64,000 nucleotides of DNA from the NCBI GenBank assembly GCA_039818205.1, contig JBCBUK010000001.1, positions 1 through 64,000 on the forward strand. The letters run 5' to 3'. This DNA comes from Verrucomicrobiota bacterium. GTDB lineage: Bacteria; Verrucomicrobiota; Verrucomicrobiia; Opitutales; Cerasicoccaceae. Position 1 is the first letter of the stretch. Each line of letters starts with the position of its first letter. Below, piece after piece: positions 9,301 through 17,562 of the stretch. Under the pieces are notes generated by a model. That model saw only the letters and a program-made list of their open reading frames with translations, searched no databases and had not been told where the DNA came from. Made by a program: the position numbers and the translations under genes.

Positions 9301-9419
9301 TAAACCCTTTGAACGCCCATCAGGAATGGAAATTCCTCTGGGGAGTAGTGCCTAACATACGGCGCACTGAATGCGACTCCTAGGGCAGAAAAGTAAATTA
9401 AGCAAAGCAGCCGATACAT
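6369..9419 (-). CDS. Sensor histidine kinase with periplasmic beta-propeller/Y_Y_Y region
   Basis: Signal peptide, propeller-like repeats, YYSLSPGSYEF (Y_Y_Y), TM, H-box RHEARAP, NDGPPV, IFEPFYST, GSGIGL. Confidence 0.92.
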   Translation of the reverse strand: MYRLLCLIYFSALGVAFSAPYVRHYSPEEFPFLMGVQRVYERPDGRLWAAASGGVAIFDGHRWELIALGSPAQSLDFLSDGRVLVGSYGDVGIIEPDLANGNLSYRSLAGIPTKRPISEDVWGLYGDSSRFLIVASQVLYWGDDNSLSGEGGLDYEDFENSRRLIPNRVGSEVYIHQRHPDGGLLKWTLGSQSGPKLIVPESKLDSGIMTVIPDGSGFLAFSLQGKVYRFKSGDDIEEIASYNVKNQVWRVVRHNDGYLAQTPSGVVELDSEFSIKQTFSADLFDGKRLLSIEAASDGGYWVSTWGGGLFYFLPDLTIVNELAWAISGSEDKKVISTKSGLLIHEDGDWSRLDTDAEVWDAVAVPGGSLMLTETNIRLFDGDEFRRVADWDYQSGTLTLLESDPGAIIALGRKGIFLLRADSDGVVLESSRTGAYWLYADNLVEFYNHADFESGPSVDLWFGTNNMSLWRLTHTGEIPIDLTNVSVVRYDLVSPSGKKASWARPFKIGSSLFVLSSVGLFSYDTAVNSFQFRDVFTSDEMGHWYESLLTAKDNIVWLLLPNRYGEQLVGSKAVRLELEGSSFHRRDFVSKYFDLAAPVRIIHFDETTERLWLGGRSIVVVDPESDVAVPMPLVRSVGVDGEKYKTLSNLVFEHPASRLNIEFSVSTGFEQGNLIYRTRLLPGGDWAESANISAVDYYSLSPGSYEFEIQTIVPGLGASEVATVGFEISRPWHMTTWFLAIKYSVLIVLLAALFWLGRMTLMGRYRRAMSEVEDQEEQVQLAIQSAARSFQLVRHEARAPIDSAKLSLNKLERIDDLPPRARPYIKRTKKSLSFIQTMLNGVFLIPDIEYGKIENDEKETNVHSLAQELYDILRDREGFDRVKFDFPYKIEQIEADVVLIDREKVLQILVQLSLNAFQHCNSLIRCDLTTVHGHKDGGYFEFTIENDGPPVPNGDRGKIFEPFYSTRKEQGGSGIGLYVCAKMVEALSGDLSLEDSKIGGALFRVKIPFSVPVRIGK

Positions 9420-9793
9420 TCCCTCAACTCCTCTTCAAGCCTATCTAAATCACAAATCTTACTTTTGTCCCAATGGGCTTTGAAGCCGCTCTCAAGTAAC
9501 CGATCGACGATTCTCCGATCCAAGCCGCTGGACATGCTCACAAATGTCGGTAGCTCCTCAATGATTCCCTCGGCGTAGCGATTTCGAGCTTGCCCATATA
9601 GTCGCGCTCCGGTCTGCCCATTGGGTAGGTTGTAATCAGTGACTACTGCGTCAAACCTAGATTCTGTCAGCGAGCCGAGAGCATCGTCAACCGAGCGCGC
9701 TGTCATGCACTCGTGGCCTTCAAAGCTCCTCTCGAACACGAATTCAAAACCATCTCGCCATTCAATGTCGTCATCGACCACTAAGATCCTCAT
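9398..9793 (-). CDS. Single-domain response regulator (receiver only)
   Basis: ILVVDDD, VVTDYNLP, conserved Ser and Lys; no output domain; overlaps kinase start. Confidence 0.9.
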   Translation of the reverse strand: MRILVVDDDIEWRDGFEFVFERSFEGHECMTARSVDDALGSLTESRFDAVVTDYNLPNGQTGARLYGQARNRYAEGIIEELPTFVSMSSGLDRRIVDRLLESGFKAHWDKSKICDLDRLEEELRECIGCFA

Positions 9794-9894
9794 CCTGGCA
9801 ACGATGCGCTAATCTCGCGATTATTTCACGAATCAAATCCGAGAAAAAGCCAGCCAATTTGAGGGGACGTTATCATTGCCCCGTATCATGCCGT

Positions 9895-9975
9895 AGGCTA
9901 CTGTCTCCGCGCGTCGTTTGGGGACGGCGTGCCTTAACATTGCTTAACCCTCGGCCTTCGGGCCGGGGGTTTTTG
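9895..9975 (+). ncRNA. Candidate small structured RNA ending in an intrinsic terminator
   Basis: Stem 9909-9917/9924-9932 and stem 9946-9971 with C(UUCG)G loop; G-U pairs form only on + strand; no + strand gene upstream. Confidence 0.4.
9946..9974 (+). terminator. Intrinsic terminator (probably also ends the minus-strand 9976..10764 transcript)
   Basis: AACCCTCGGCC-TTCG-GGCCGGGGGTT-TTT. Confidence 0.8.
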
Positions 9976-10764
9976 CTATTCAATCGTGTAAGAGATTTTC
10001 AATGTGCTCGTCGTGTTCGTGGCATCAGAGCAATAGGCGGTGAATGTCGACCGCTGACCCGGTGCCAAACTCTTGCGATCAAGGTATGTACTAGCGTTGC
10101 CCAAATACTTAGCATTGGCATCCGAAAGAACGATATCAATTTTCGCTAGCTTCAACGTCTTCGCCGAATTGTTCACCACGACGCCTTCGATCTTGATGTT
10201 ATCGCCGCCATAGTTGTCCCATTTCCAATTCTCAATCAATGGCTTACCCTTACCCTCGCCCGCCTTTGGTTCTGCGGGGGCCTTCTTCGCGGGCGCGTCC
10301 TTGAACATGTTAGCCTTGATTCGCATGGGCTTTCCGCCGAAATCATCCAATTCCGTCAAACCGGCTTTTTCTGCAGAGTATACCCAGGCTGTCACCTGGA
10401 CACGCTTCCATTCTCCCCGCTCCTCTATGACCTTTGAATCAATATCGGTCCATAGGACACCGCGAAGATTCCCACCGGGCTTGTTAGACATCACAAACGA
10501 CCCCGTGACCGTCTCTGCGTCACCATCAGGCACCGAGCCGCTACCCTCCCAGGCCTCGATGTATTTGAAATCAGAGTTGGAGAAATCGCCTAGAAACTCC
10601 GTAATTTCGGTTCCATCCTCCTTAACGACCTTCGCCTTGATTCCGTCAGTCCATGTGAGCGTTCCGACAAACTGCCCATGTTTCCGAGATTCCCACATGC
10701 GCGATTCAGCAACCGCCAATCCAGGCAGAACGAACGCGAGAGCAATAATAAGTAAGGCTTTCAT
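9976..10764 (-). CDS. Secreted protein, N-terminal SHD1-like and C-terminal FxLYD-like domains
   Basis: Signal peptide; SRMWESRKHGQFVG...FSNSDFKYI; IEGVVVNNS...IVLSDANAKYLG...LAPGQRSTF. Confidence 0.7.
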   Translation of the reverse strand: MKALLIIALAFVLPGLAVAESRMWESRKHGQFVGTLTWTDGIKAKVVKEDGTEITEFLGDFSNSDFKYIEAWEGSGSVPDGDAETVTGSFVMSNKPGGNLRGVLWTDIDSKVIEERGEWKRVQVTAWVYSAEKAGLTELDDFGGKPMRIKANMFKDAPAKKAPAEPKAGEGKGKPLIENWKWDNYGGDNIKIEGVVVNNSAKTLKLAKIDIVLSDANAKYLGNASTYLDRKSLAPGQRSTFTAYCSDATNTTSTLKISYTIE

Positions 10765-10830
10765 ATCACAAATTCTGAAATCGCAATATCATGAACGCAA
10801 ACAGCCCAACCCCTCAAATATGAGGGGTAA

Positions 10831-11988
10831 TCACGCCCCACCCGGCCGCGGCAGTCGAGCCAGCACGGCGGAAACATGCTCTAACTGCGCATGCGTGTAT
10901 CCTCGCGATACAACCTTTGACTCGTGACCAACGATCCGCATGCGGTCTGTCTCAGTGGCTCCGGCCACATTCAAAGCCGTATTGAGCGTGTGCCGGAGGC
11001 TATGGAATGAATACGGCTTCACATTGCGCCCCCCACCCTCGCGGCGAGCCTGCGCCGTCTCAAAGCCCGCCTCGGGCAAAATCATGTCCACAAACTTAGC
11101 CGAAACCCAGTGAGGCGATTTATACTCGGACAGCCGGGGAAACAACAAATCGAAGCCGTTCCGGCAGCGCCAACAGATCAAATGCCGCCGGAGGTAGGGA
11201 TGAATCGGCACGTCAAAATCAAACTCATCGCGGTTTTTACCCCGGCGGAAGTGGATAACACCCCGCTCAAGATCAATTTGCGACCACGCCAGGCCCAAAC
11301 AATCCTTGAGCCGCTGGCCAGTGTACAATCCCACCAATACGAGCAAACGCCATTCGCCCGGCGGGCACGCCCTCAAAATGCGGCCGATCTCCGGCCAAGT
11401 AAACGGGCGCTTGGCCTCACGCTCATTCTTGCGGCGACGCGGCGCCTTGACCTCGGCGACCGGATTCTCAGTCAGCCGCCCCTGAGCCACCGCCTCACCA
11501 TACCACATGCGCAAGGTGTTCAGGTGAAAGGAAATCGTCTTGCTGGCTAGCCCATCCTCGGCCCGCTGGTCGCGATAAGCCGCGATCGTGCTACTATCGA
11601 CCATCGCCATGGGTTTATCCGCCAAAGCGCCCAGGAAGTCCAAATACTGCCGCACCAGGGCCGTGTATTTACGAACCGTCGCCGCGGCCAGACCTCGCGA
11701 CCAAATCGGCAAGTTCCGCTCAAGAAAAACGCGGGTCGTCATGCTGTCCATCAAAACGGACTCGCCGGCCGTCGACATGATCTCATCCACGATCGCCAGG
11801 GCCCGCTGACGGTTCAAGGTCCCATCCCGGGCTTGTTTTGAGGCTTGCTCGAGTCTCAAAGCGATCCGCATTGCCTCATACCGGTCATCCGTACCGGCCG
11901 ATATTTGTTTACGCCGACCATCCGGCAGCGTATAACACGCTACCCAGTTTTTTGAGTTCCTCGAACGCGATCGCTTAACACTCGCCAC
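10831..11988 (-). CDS. Tyrosine recombinase / phage integrase
   Basis: Catalytic R (GQRLKD), K, HSLRH, VGH, Y (GYTH); arm-binding N-terminus; GTG 11988 likely start. Confidence 0.95.
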   Translation of the reverse strand: MASVKRSRSRNSKNWVACYTLPDGRRKQISAGTDDRYEAMRIALRLEQASKQARDGTLNRQRALAIVDEIMSTAGESVLMDSMTTRVFLERNLPIWSRGLAAATVRKYTALVRQYLDFLGALADKPMAMVDSSTIAAYRDQRAEDGLASKTISFHLNTLRMWYGEAVAQGRLTENPVAEVKAPRRRKNEREAKRPFTWPEIGRILRACPPGEWRLLVLVGLYTGQRLKDCLGLAWSQIDLERGVIHFRRGKNRDEFDFDVPIHPYLRRHLICWRCRNGFDLLFPRLSEYKSPHWVSAKFVDMILPEAGFETAQARREGGGRNVKPYSFHSLRHTLNTALNVAGATETDRMRIVGHESKVVSRGYTHAQLEHVSAVLARLPRPGGA

Positions 11989-12005
11989 GAAATCCAAGGA
12001 AACAA

Positions 12006-12024
12006 TGCACACAGACTGCACACA
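12006..12024 (+). repeat. TGCACACA direct repeat, candidate integrase arm-type site
   Basis: Copies at 12006-12013 and 12017-12024, between int and att core. Confidence 0.45.
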
Positions 12025-12134
12025 AGACAAATTTCTCCAACCATACAGTAATACAAAACGACCCTCAATTTGCCGATTCCCAATCCAAACAAGTGCATAA
12101 TCCTATGACTTGCAGCTATTTACACCGCTCCGAG

Positions 12135-12154
12135 GAACCCAGTTACTCCCACCA
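12135..12154 (+). other. att core: displaced tRNA 3' end (probably tRNA-Val)
   Basis: GAACCCAGT-TACTCCC-ACCA = T-loop/T-stem, acceptor strand, discriminator A and CCA; no 5' half present. Confidence 0.75.
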
Positions 12155-12163
12155 AGAAAATTT

Positions 12164-12196
12164 AAACCGCCAGCCCAAAGCTGCGGTTTTTATTTT
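12164..12196 (+). terminator. Intrinsic terminator, likely native terminator of the target tRNA gene
   Basis: AAACCGCCAGC-CCAAA-GCTGCGGTTTTT hairpin plus T-tract. Confidence 0.65.
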
Positions 12197-12293
12197 CCTT
12201 CGATCGACCGATCTTTCCCGAAAGATCAGCAATTTGCTCGCAGTTGCTAGCTTCTAAATTCACAGTTTCCGGCACGCTGAAACCACTAAGTAA

Positions 12294-13019
12294 ATGAATT
12301 CTCTGGCGCGGAAAATGGGCATTCTTCAACGAGCCAAGCACGATCTCCATCGGCTTCGCTATCGTCGAGCGTTTCCCGAACAGTTCAATGATTGGGTTGC
12401 GTTACGCTCCGAGACCGGGCCCGGCGTGACGCTTCGCTCCTACGACGAATTGCGCTGCATCTTCGTCCACATTCCCAAAGCAGCCGGACTATCAGTCGCT
12501 CGCACCCTTTTTGAGAACGATGGAGGCTCCCATTTGCGACTCGTTGATTACGCGGTGATCTTTGGCGCTGCGGATTTTAACCGGTATTTCAAGTTCACGT
12601 TTGTCCGACACCCTGAGACTCGGCTAGCCTCCGCGTTTACCTTTCTGAAGAATGGTGGCGCGAATGCACGGGACGCAGAATGGGCAACGCAGATCAAACT
12701 GCCGGAAACCGATTTCAAAACCTTTGTCAGGCGCCTAGCGGATGAACCCAAACTCCTCCGATGGAAACACCTCACGCCGCAATCTGAGTTCCTGACCATG
12801 AACGGCTCAACCGAGCACTTGGACTATGTCGGACGTTTTGAGCAGTTGAACAAGGACTTTGAATTCGTGGCGGAACGACTCGACCGCAAGGTGAGTTTGC
12901 GCCAGGAGAATGTGACCAAGAAAACAGGCACCGATTACGAGTCGCTCTACGACGGCGAAACTCGGCGGATCGTTCGTGATGTCTACCGAATCGATTTCGA
13001 GCATTTTGGCTATGAATGA
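12294..13019 (+). CDS. Sulfotransferase family 2 protein
   Basis: FVHIPKAAG (5'-PAPS) and FTFVRHP..RLAS (3'-PAPS) motifs. Confidence 0.9.
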   Translation: MNSLARKMGILQRAKHDLHRLRYRRAFPEQFNDWVALRSETGPGVTLRSYDELRCIFVHIPKAAGLSVARTLFENDGGSHLRLVDYAVIFGAADFNRYFKFTFVRHPETRLASAFTFLKNGGANARDAEWATQIKLPETDFKTFVRRLADEPKLLRWKHLTPQSEFLTMNGSTEHLDYVGRFEQLNKDFEFVAERLDRKVSLRQENVTKKTGTDYESLYDGETRRIVRDVYRIDFEHFGYE

Positions 13020-13202
13020 CGGCCCGGAAGCACCTCCGATCGGGCCGATATTGGCTATCGCCGATCGGGTCCAAACCGGATCACCGCCTATCGACTTTTT
13101 TCTTGACCCGCTACCGTATGACGGATTGACTCCTCCGCTTTTCCGAATACCGGGCCCGTAACTTCTCTGTTACTCCCAACATTTTCAACGCAAACAGAAA
13201 TC

Positions 13203-13364
13203 ATGCAACCGACCTATCGTCCACATAAGGTAAAGCGCCTCCGCAAGTGCGGCTTCCGCGCACGCACTAAGACCAAAGGGGGCCGCAAGGTAATCGCCTC
13301 CCGTCGCGCCAAGGGCCGCAAGCGCCTCGCTCTCATCAAGACCGAGCGTCGCCTTTGCCGCTAG
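13203..13364 (+). CDS. rpmH: 50S ribosomal protein L34 (not in ORF track)
   Basis: [53 protein letters not shown]. Confidence 0.93.
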   Translation: MQPTYRPHKVKRLRKCGFRARTKTKGGRKVIASRRAKGRKRLALIKTERRLCR

Positions 13365-13377
13365 CGCCTAGCTAACC

Positions 13378-14193
13378 TTAAGAAGCGATACTCACCGCTT
13401 TATCTGCCCCGCTTGTCGGGGCTTTTTTTGTGCTCTGGCGGAAGATGCTCTCGACGCAGTTGCGGACAAACTGTTCATCGGAGACGCCAAACGAGACTTC
13501 CTCCGGAAAGTTCGCGAGCGACTTAATCTCTTCGGCCAGCTCACGAAATAGCTTTACCCGGGCATCCGCATCCAGACTCTGGCGACGCAGCAACGCCTGA
13601 AACGCCAAGGACGCGAGTTCCGAGCTCACCCGCTGCCGGAGGATCGCTTCCATATGTGGATGCTCTCTAAGCGAGTTGTATTTATTCTCCGTTAAACGAG
13701 AGAAATCGGGTGGAGAAACTGATTTCTGGCGAATGACCACCGTACCAGCGGCAATGTCCCCGAGGCGTTGTGATTTTCGGCTGAATACACTCACCGTTCC
13801 ACCCAGGAAATAAAGGAACGGCAAACTATCCACAAATCGAAGCAAGTTACGCAAAATGATTTGATCCGTTTGAAGTCGCAATCCCTGCGCATCAACCACT
13901 CGAATATTGAACACGCGCTTCCCAAATGTTTGCCCCCTCCAGAGCCATTCGCAGAACAGAAAGTAGCCAATAGTGATCACAAAAATGCCAATGATCATGA
14001 GTATGTTGGCGAGATCCGCCGACAATACGCCAGCAATTGAGGCGATCATCCCGATGAGATAGACGATTCCGTAGACGATCACGAGGTCGAGGGTCAGCGC
14101 CAAGAAACGCGTTACTGGACTCGCAAGAGTCATCGTAAAACGGACCCCCTCCGGCGTCTCAATAATCAGCAAATGGTCTCGGGAAAAACTCAT
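13378..14193 (-). CDS. RDD family membrane protein
   Basis: RFLALTLD, GQTFGKR, RNLLRFVD, QRLGDIAAGT. Confidence 0.92.
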   Translation of the reverse strand: MSFSRDHLLIIETPEGVRFTMTLASPVTRFLALTLDLVIVYGIVYLIGMIASIAGVLSADLANILMIIGIFVITIGYFLFCEWLWRGQTFGKRVFNIRVVDAQGLRLQTDQIILRNLLRFVDSLPFLYFLGGTVSVFSRKSQRLGDIAAGTVVIRQKSVSPPDFSRLTENKYNSLREHPHMEAILRQRVSSELASLAFQALLRRQSLDADARVKLFRELAEEIKSLANFPEEVSFGVSDEQFVRNCVESIFRQSTKKAPTSGADKAVSIAS

Positions 14194-15236
14194 TGGACAA
14201 CCACCCCTCCTGCTTGACCGAGGTTGTTATTCTCCTTGGTAGACTTTCGTGAGCGACCGGCAAAGCTCAGGAAAACAATCAGGCCGAAAAACTGGATACA
14301 GCCAAACGTGATCTTCACCTCATACGGCAGCACCGGCTCATGATATTGCGAGAAAAATGCCTCTACAATTCCCGCCCAGAAGAGCATCAATGCCACTCCG
14401 CCAATGAGAGTCATTAGATCGCCGCGAATGCCTTGCAACCGGGCACGGATGTCTTTGCGACCATCGCGGAAGATCAAGGCTCCTCCCAATACGAGGCCTG
14501 CTTGCCCGGCGATGAGAATGGCAGGTATTTCGATGCTACCATGCGGAAGTAACCAACCGATTAGAAACTCTGTTTCTCCGGCGAGAACATAGTCCATACA
14601 GACCGCGCCCAGTACAGCGCCGTTATAAAAAAGCACGACGAACACCCCCACTCCAAAGGTCATTCCAAGCGCGAGCGTAAAGATCGCCACCCGAGTATTG
14701 TGGGTCATCAGCATGGCTGAAAAAGACCCCTTGCCCGAGGACATCCGCCTACCCTTGTCCTCTTCCTCTTCCGCAACCCGCTCCGAAGGTGAGCCTAACA
14801 AATGCCCGAAGGTTCCCATCAAAACTGGCTTTGAATCCGGATCCAACATTAAGGCCAACGCACCAAAAAGCAGCCCGGCGAAAAAGGTCGCCAGCACCAG
14901 CTTCATCTGGGCAAACCGACGGCGAAAGGTCTGCGGAAACGTGAACATAAACCAGGAGATAGCCTTGCGAAAAACGGGCAATCGCTGAACCTCCTGAACC
15001 TCGCTATAACCACGAGCCAGGAGCGATTCCAGATACTGGCGCGTCGCAGCATCTGCTGCTGCCGTGTTCAGTTGATTGAGATCTGAAGCAACCCGTTCGA
15101 GCAGGTAATGGAAACGCTGGGCCTCCTCAATTTCCAAACGCCGAGACGGATCCCCGGCCAGGCGATCGAGAAAAACTTCGCATTCGTCCCATTCGTCCTG
15201 GCGGTTTTTAATGAATCGTTGAAGGTCAATGATCAT
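14190..15236 (-). CDS. SpoIIM-family (DUF95) membrane protein
   Basis: THNTRVA, YNGAVLG, LPHGSIE, AGIVEAF. Confidence 0.9.
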   Translation of the reverse strand: MIIDLQRFIKNRQDEWDECEVFLDRLAGDPSRRLEIEEAQRFHYLLERVASDLNQLNTAAADAATRQYLESLLARGYSEVQEVQRLPVFRKAISWFMFTFPQTFRRRFAQMKLVLATFFAGLLFGALALMLDPDSKPVLMGTFGHLLGSPSERVAEEEEDKGRRMSSGKGSFSAMLMTHNTRVAIFTLALGMTFGVGVFVVLFYNGAVLGAVCMDYVLAGETEFLIGWLLPHGSIEIPAILIAGQAGLVLGGALIFRDGRKDIRARLQGIRGDLMTLIGGVALMLFWAGIVEAFFSQYHEPVLPYEVKITFGCIQFFGLIVFLSFAGRSRKSTKENNNLGQAGGVVVQ

Positions 15237-15242
15237 CGTCGT

Positions 15243-16589
15243 CTAAATGAGTTGGCGCTGCTTAATCCGCAGATATTGGTTAACGACTTCGACCGCCAAA
15301 TTCTCTTGTTCAAGCAAGCCGAGCGAGACCCCCGATTGCCGTAAGCTGCGGCCAATGACGGCCAGGTCGTGCCAGCGCAAATGGCCGCTGAGCGCCGAAT
15401 ACATTTCATCTAGCGAGTTAATCTCTTGATCAGGTCGAAACAGTGGACCAATGCCGCCTCCAACTATCATGTTTGTCAGAATAACATGTTGCCTCGAAAT
15501 CATCCGAACTCGACTCGTAAACGCTTCAGATGCTGCGGGATCACTTAAGTCAGTCAGGAATACAAGCAAGGCCCGATGCCGAAGCCTGAGACGGAGGAAG
15601 GTAAATAGCTCGTCGAAATCTGGCGTGGTTCGCGAAGTATGTAAGTTGAACAGAGAGTCCTGAACACACTGTTGGTGAGCACGCCCACTACTCGCCCGCA
15701 TAAAGCCGGTAACTTTGTCGGCAAAAGTAACCAAGCCAAACAGGTCGCCCTGCTTGCCAGCGACCAAATTTAAAATACTCGTCGCGGTGAGAAAACGCTC
15801 AAGCGCACTCTCATCCGGTGCCCCATCCTGCCCGGACGCGACAATGCGTCCTGAAAGCCTTGAATGATCTAAGATTAAGTAAATCTCTCGCGTCCGCTCA
15901 ACCTGATAGGTCTTGGTGACCGGCTCGCCTCGCTTAGCCGTCGCCTTCCAATGAATGTCGAACATGCTATCTCCCGGCAAATACTCGCGTAGTTGCTCAT
16001 AGTCTCGCCCTTGACCAATAATTCGCTGCAGATGCGTGCCAACCATACCCCGATTGAGGAAGATGTTGGCCAGCTGGCGGCGGTCACGCCGAAGGTTTGG
16101 GTAAACGCGGGCTTCGGCCTTGCAGGGATAGCGTTTCTTAAAACGCCAAAGGCCAAAGCGAGAATCCGTCTGAACATAGGTCGCCTGCAGTGGGTAAACA
16201 CCTCGCCGTCTGGGGTTAAGGGGCCAATGAACCGTCCATATCTTTGACTCACGACTTAGGTCGACGGCAAGTTCATCAATATCGCTCCCCAAGAGCTCAT
16301 CGAGTACCAAGCCCACGACGACCTTACTAGGCTCCGCACCATCGCACCGGAAAAAGAGCTCAATCTTTCCTGAGTTACCCAGCGAAAGGCGGGAAACGGG
16401 CGCAGGCTCAGCGGATAGGCCTCCCAGGAGATTTTTCGACGCAAACCAATCCATGGCGGCCAGCGCGAATAGTCCCACATACAGCAGTAGACAAAAGCTT
16501 GCCGCGACCGAACTGATCGGCGCCAATAACGCGGCTGGGCAAAGCACCAGCGCAAATAGGACAAGTCGATTGGTGGGTGCGAAAGACAC
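15243..16589 (-). CDS. DUF58 (VWA-like) protein
   Basis: LREYLPGD...IHWKATAK, LDHSRLS, LTD; GTG 16589 likely start. Confidence 0.9.
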   Translation of the reverse strand: MSFAPTNRLVLFALVLCPAALLAPISSVAASFCLLLYVGLFALAAMDWFASKNLLGGLSAEPAPVSRLSLGNSGKIELFFRCDGAEPSKVVVGLVLDELLGSDIDELAVDLSRESKIWTVHWPLNPRRRGVYPLQATYVQTDSRFGLWRFKKRYPCKAEARVYPNLRRDRRQLANIFLNRGMVGTHLQRIIGQGRDYEQLREYLPGDSMFDIHWKATAKRGEPVTKTYQVERTREIYLILDHSRLSGRIVASGQDGAPDESALERFLTATSILNLVAGKQGDLFGLVTFADKVTGFMRASSGRAHQQCVQDSLFNLHTSRTTPDFDELFTFLRLRLRHRALLVFLTDLSDPAASEAFTSRVRMISRQHVILTNMIVGGGIGPLFRPDQEINSLDEMYSALSGHLRWHDLAVIGRSLRQSGVSLGLLEQENLAVEVVNQYLRIKQRQLI

Positions 16590-16599
16590 GGGGTAACTA

Positions 16600-17562
16600 T
16601 TAGCGAGGAACCGGAACCTGTTCAAGCAACTGGCGAATCACCTCGGTCACCGTTAGGCCCTCAATCTCGAACTCCGGGCGCAAAACCAACCGATGGCCCA
16701 ACACCGGCATCGAGACCGCTTTAACGTCATCGGGCGTCGTGAAATCGCGCCCCTGGATAATTGCCATTCCGCGTGATGCCAACAACAATGCCTGGGTTGC
16801 CCGCGGACCCGCGCCAACCAAGATGCTTTCGTGGCTACGAGTCTTGCGAACAATACCAACCATGTAGTTCAACAGCTCATCCTTTACGGTTACCGATCGC
16901 AGCGCCTCCTGCACCTGGCTAAGGTGCTCAGGCGTAAGTACGGGCACAACTCCCCCTTCGTTAAGCGTGTTTTCGGGCGTATCCTTGGTCAGAAGGCGTC
17001 GTGCGAGTTCAAGCTCGTCGGCCTCTTCCGGGTAGCCGACTTCAATCTTCAACATGAAGCGGTCCTTCTGCGCCTCGGGAAGCGGATAGGTGCCCTCGTA
17101 TTCGATCGGATTCTGAGTGGCAAAGACGGTAAAGTGCGGACTTAACTGATGATTCTCCCGATCGATTGAAACCGTGCGCTCCTGCATGGCTTGCAGAAGA
17201 GCCGCCTGTGTTTTCGCCGGCGCTCGATTGATTTCATCTGCCAACAAGAAGTCCGTAAATACTGGACCTTTAACCAGGTTGAACTCCTGATTCTTCATGT
17301 TAAAGACGTGGGTTCCCGTAATGTCGGCAGGCATCAAGTCCGGGGTAAACTGTATGCGGTTGGAATCGCAACCCATGATTTTGGCGAGGGTCCGTACCAG
17401 CAAGGTTTTGGCGACACCCGGCACGCCCTCAATTAACGCATGATTGCCCGTCAATATGGTAACCAAGGCGAGGTCAATGACGGCATCCTGTCCGATGATT
17501 ACCTTCTGGATCTCGCGGCGAATCGCTGCGATTACTTCTTCGAGTGATTGATAGTCGTTCAT
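16600..17562 (-). CDS. MoxR family AAA+ ATPase
   Basis: EGVPGVAKT, RIQFTPDLMP, DEINR, ATQNPIE, PLPEAQKDRF. Confidence 0.96.
   Translation of the reverse strand: MNDYQSLEEVIAAIRREIQKVIIGQDAVIDLALVTILTGNHALIEGVPGVAKTLLVRTLAKIMGCDSNRIQFTPDLMPADITGTHVFNMKNQEFNLVKGPVFTDFLLADEINRAPAKTQAALLQAMQERTVSIDRENHQLSPHFTVFATQNPIEYEGTYPLPEAQKDRFMLKIEVGYPEEADELELARRLLTKDTPENTLNEGGVVPVLTPEHLSQVQEALRSVTVKDELLNYMVGIVRKTRSHESILVGAGPRATQALLLASRGMAIIQGRDFTTPDDVKAVSMPVLGHRLVLRPEFEIEGLTVTEVIRQLLEQVPVPR

Larger units (their letters stand above)
1..12154. mobile_element. Right end of integrated prophage (early genes, regulatory switch, cargo, integrase, att)
   Basis: Dense co-oriented small phage-type ORFs with ATGA overlaps, divergent regulators, tyrosine integrase and tRNA 3'-end duplicate at 12135-12154; host genes resume afterwards. 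Left end lies outside the window. Confidence 0.9.

Noticed and set aside
12100..12154. Complete tRNA gene
   Set aside because: No D-arm, anticodon arm or 5' acceptor strand; only the 3' fragment
13169..13178. GTTACTCCCA matching part of the att core
   Set aside because: Only 10 bp, no tRNA structure or CCA end; compatible with chance
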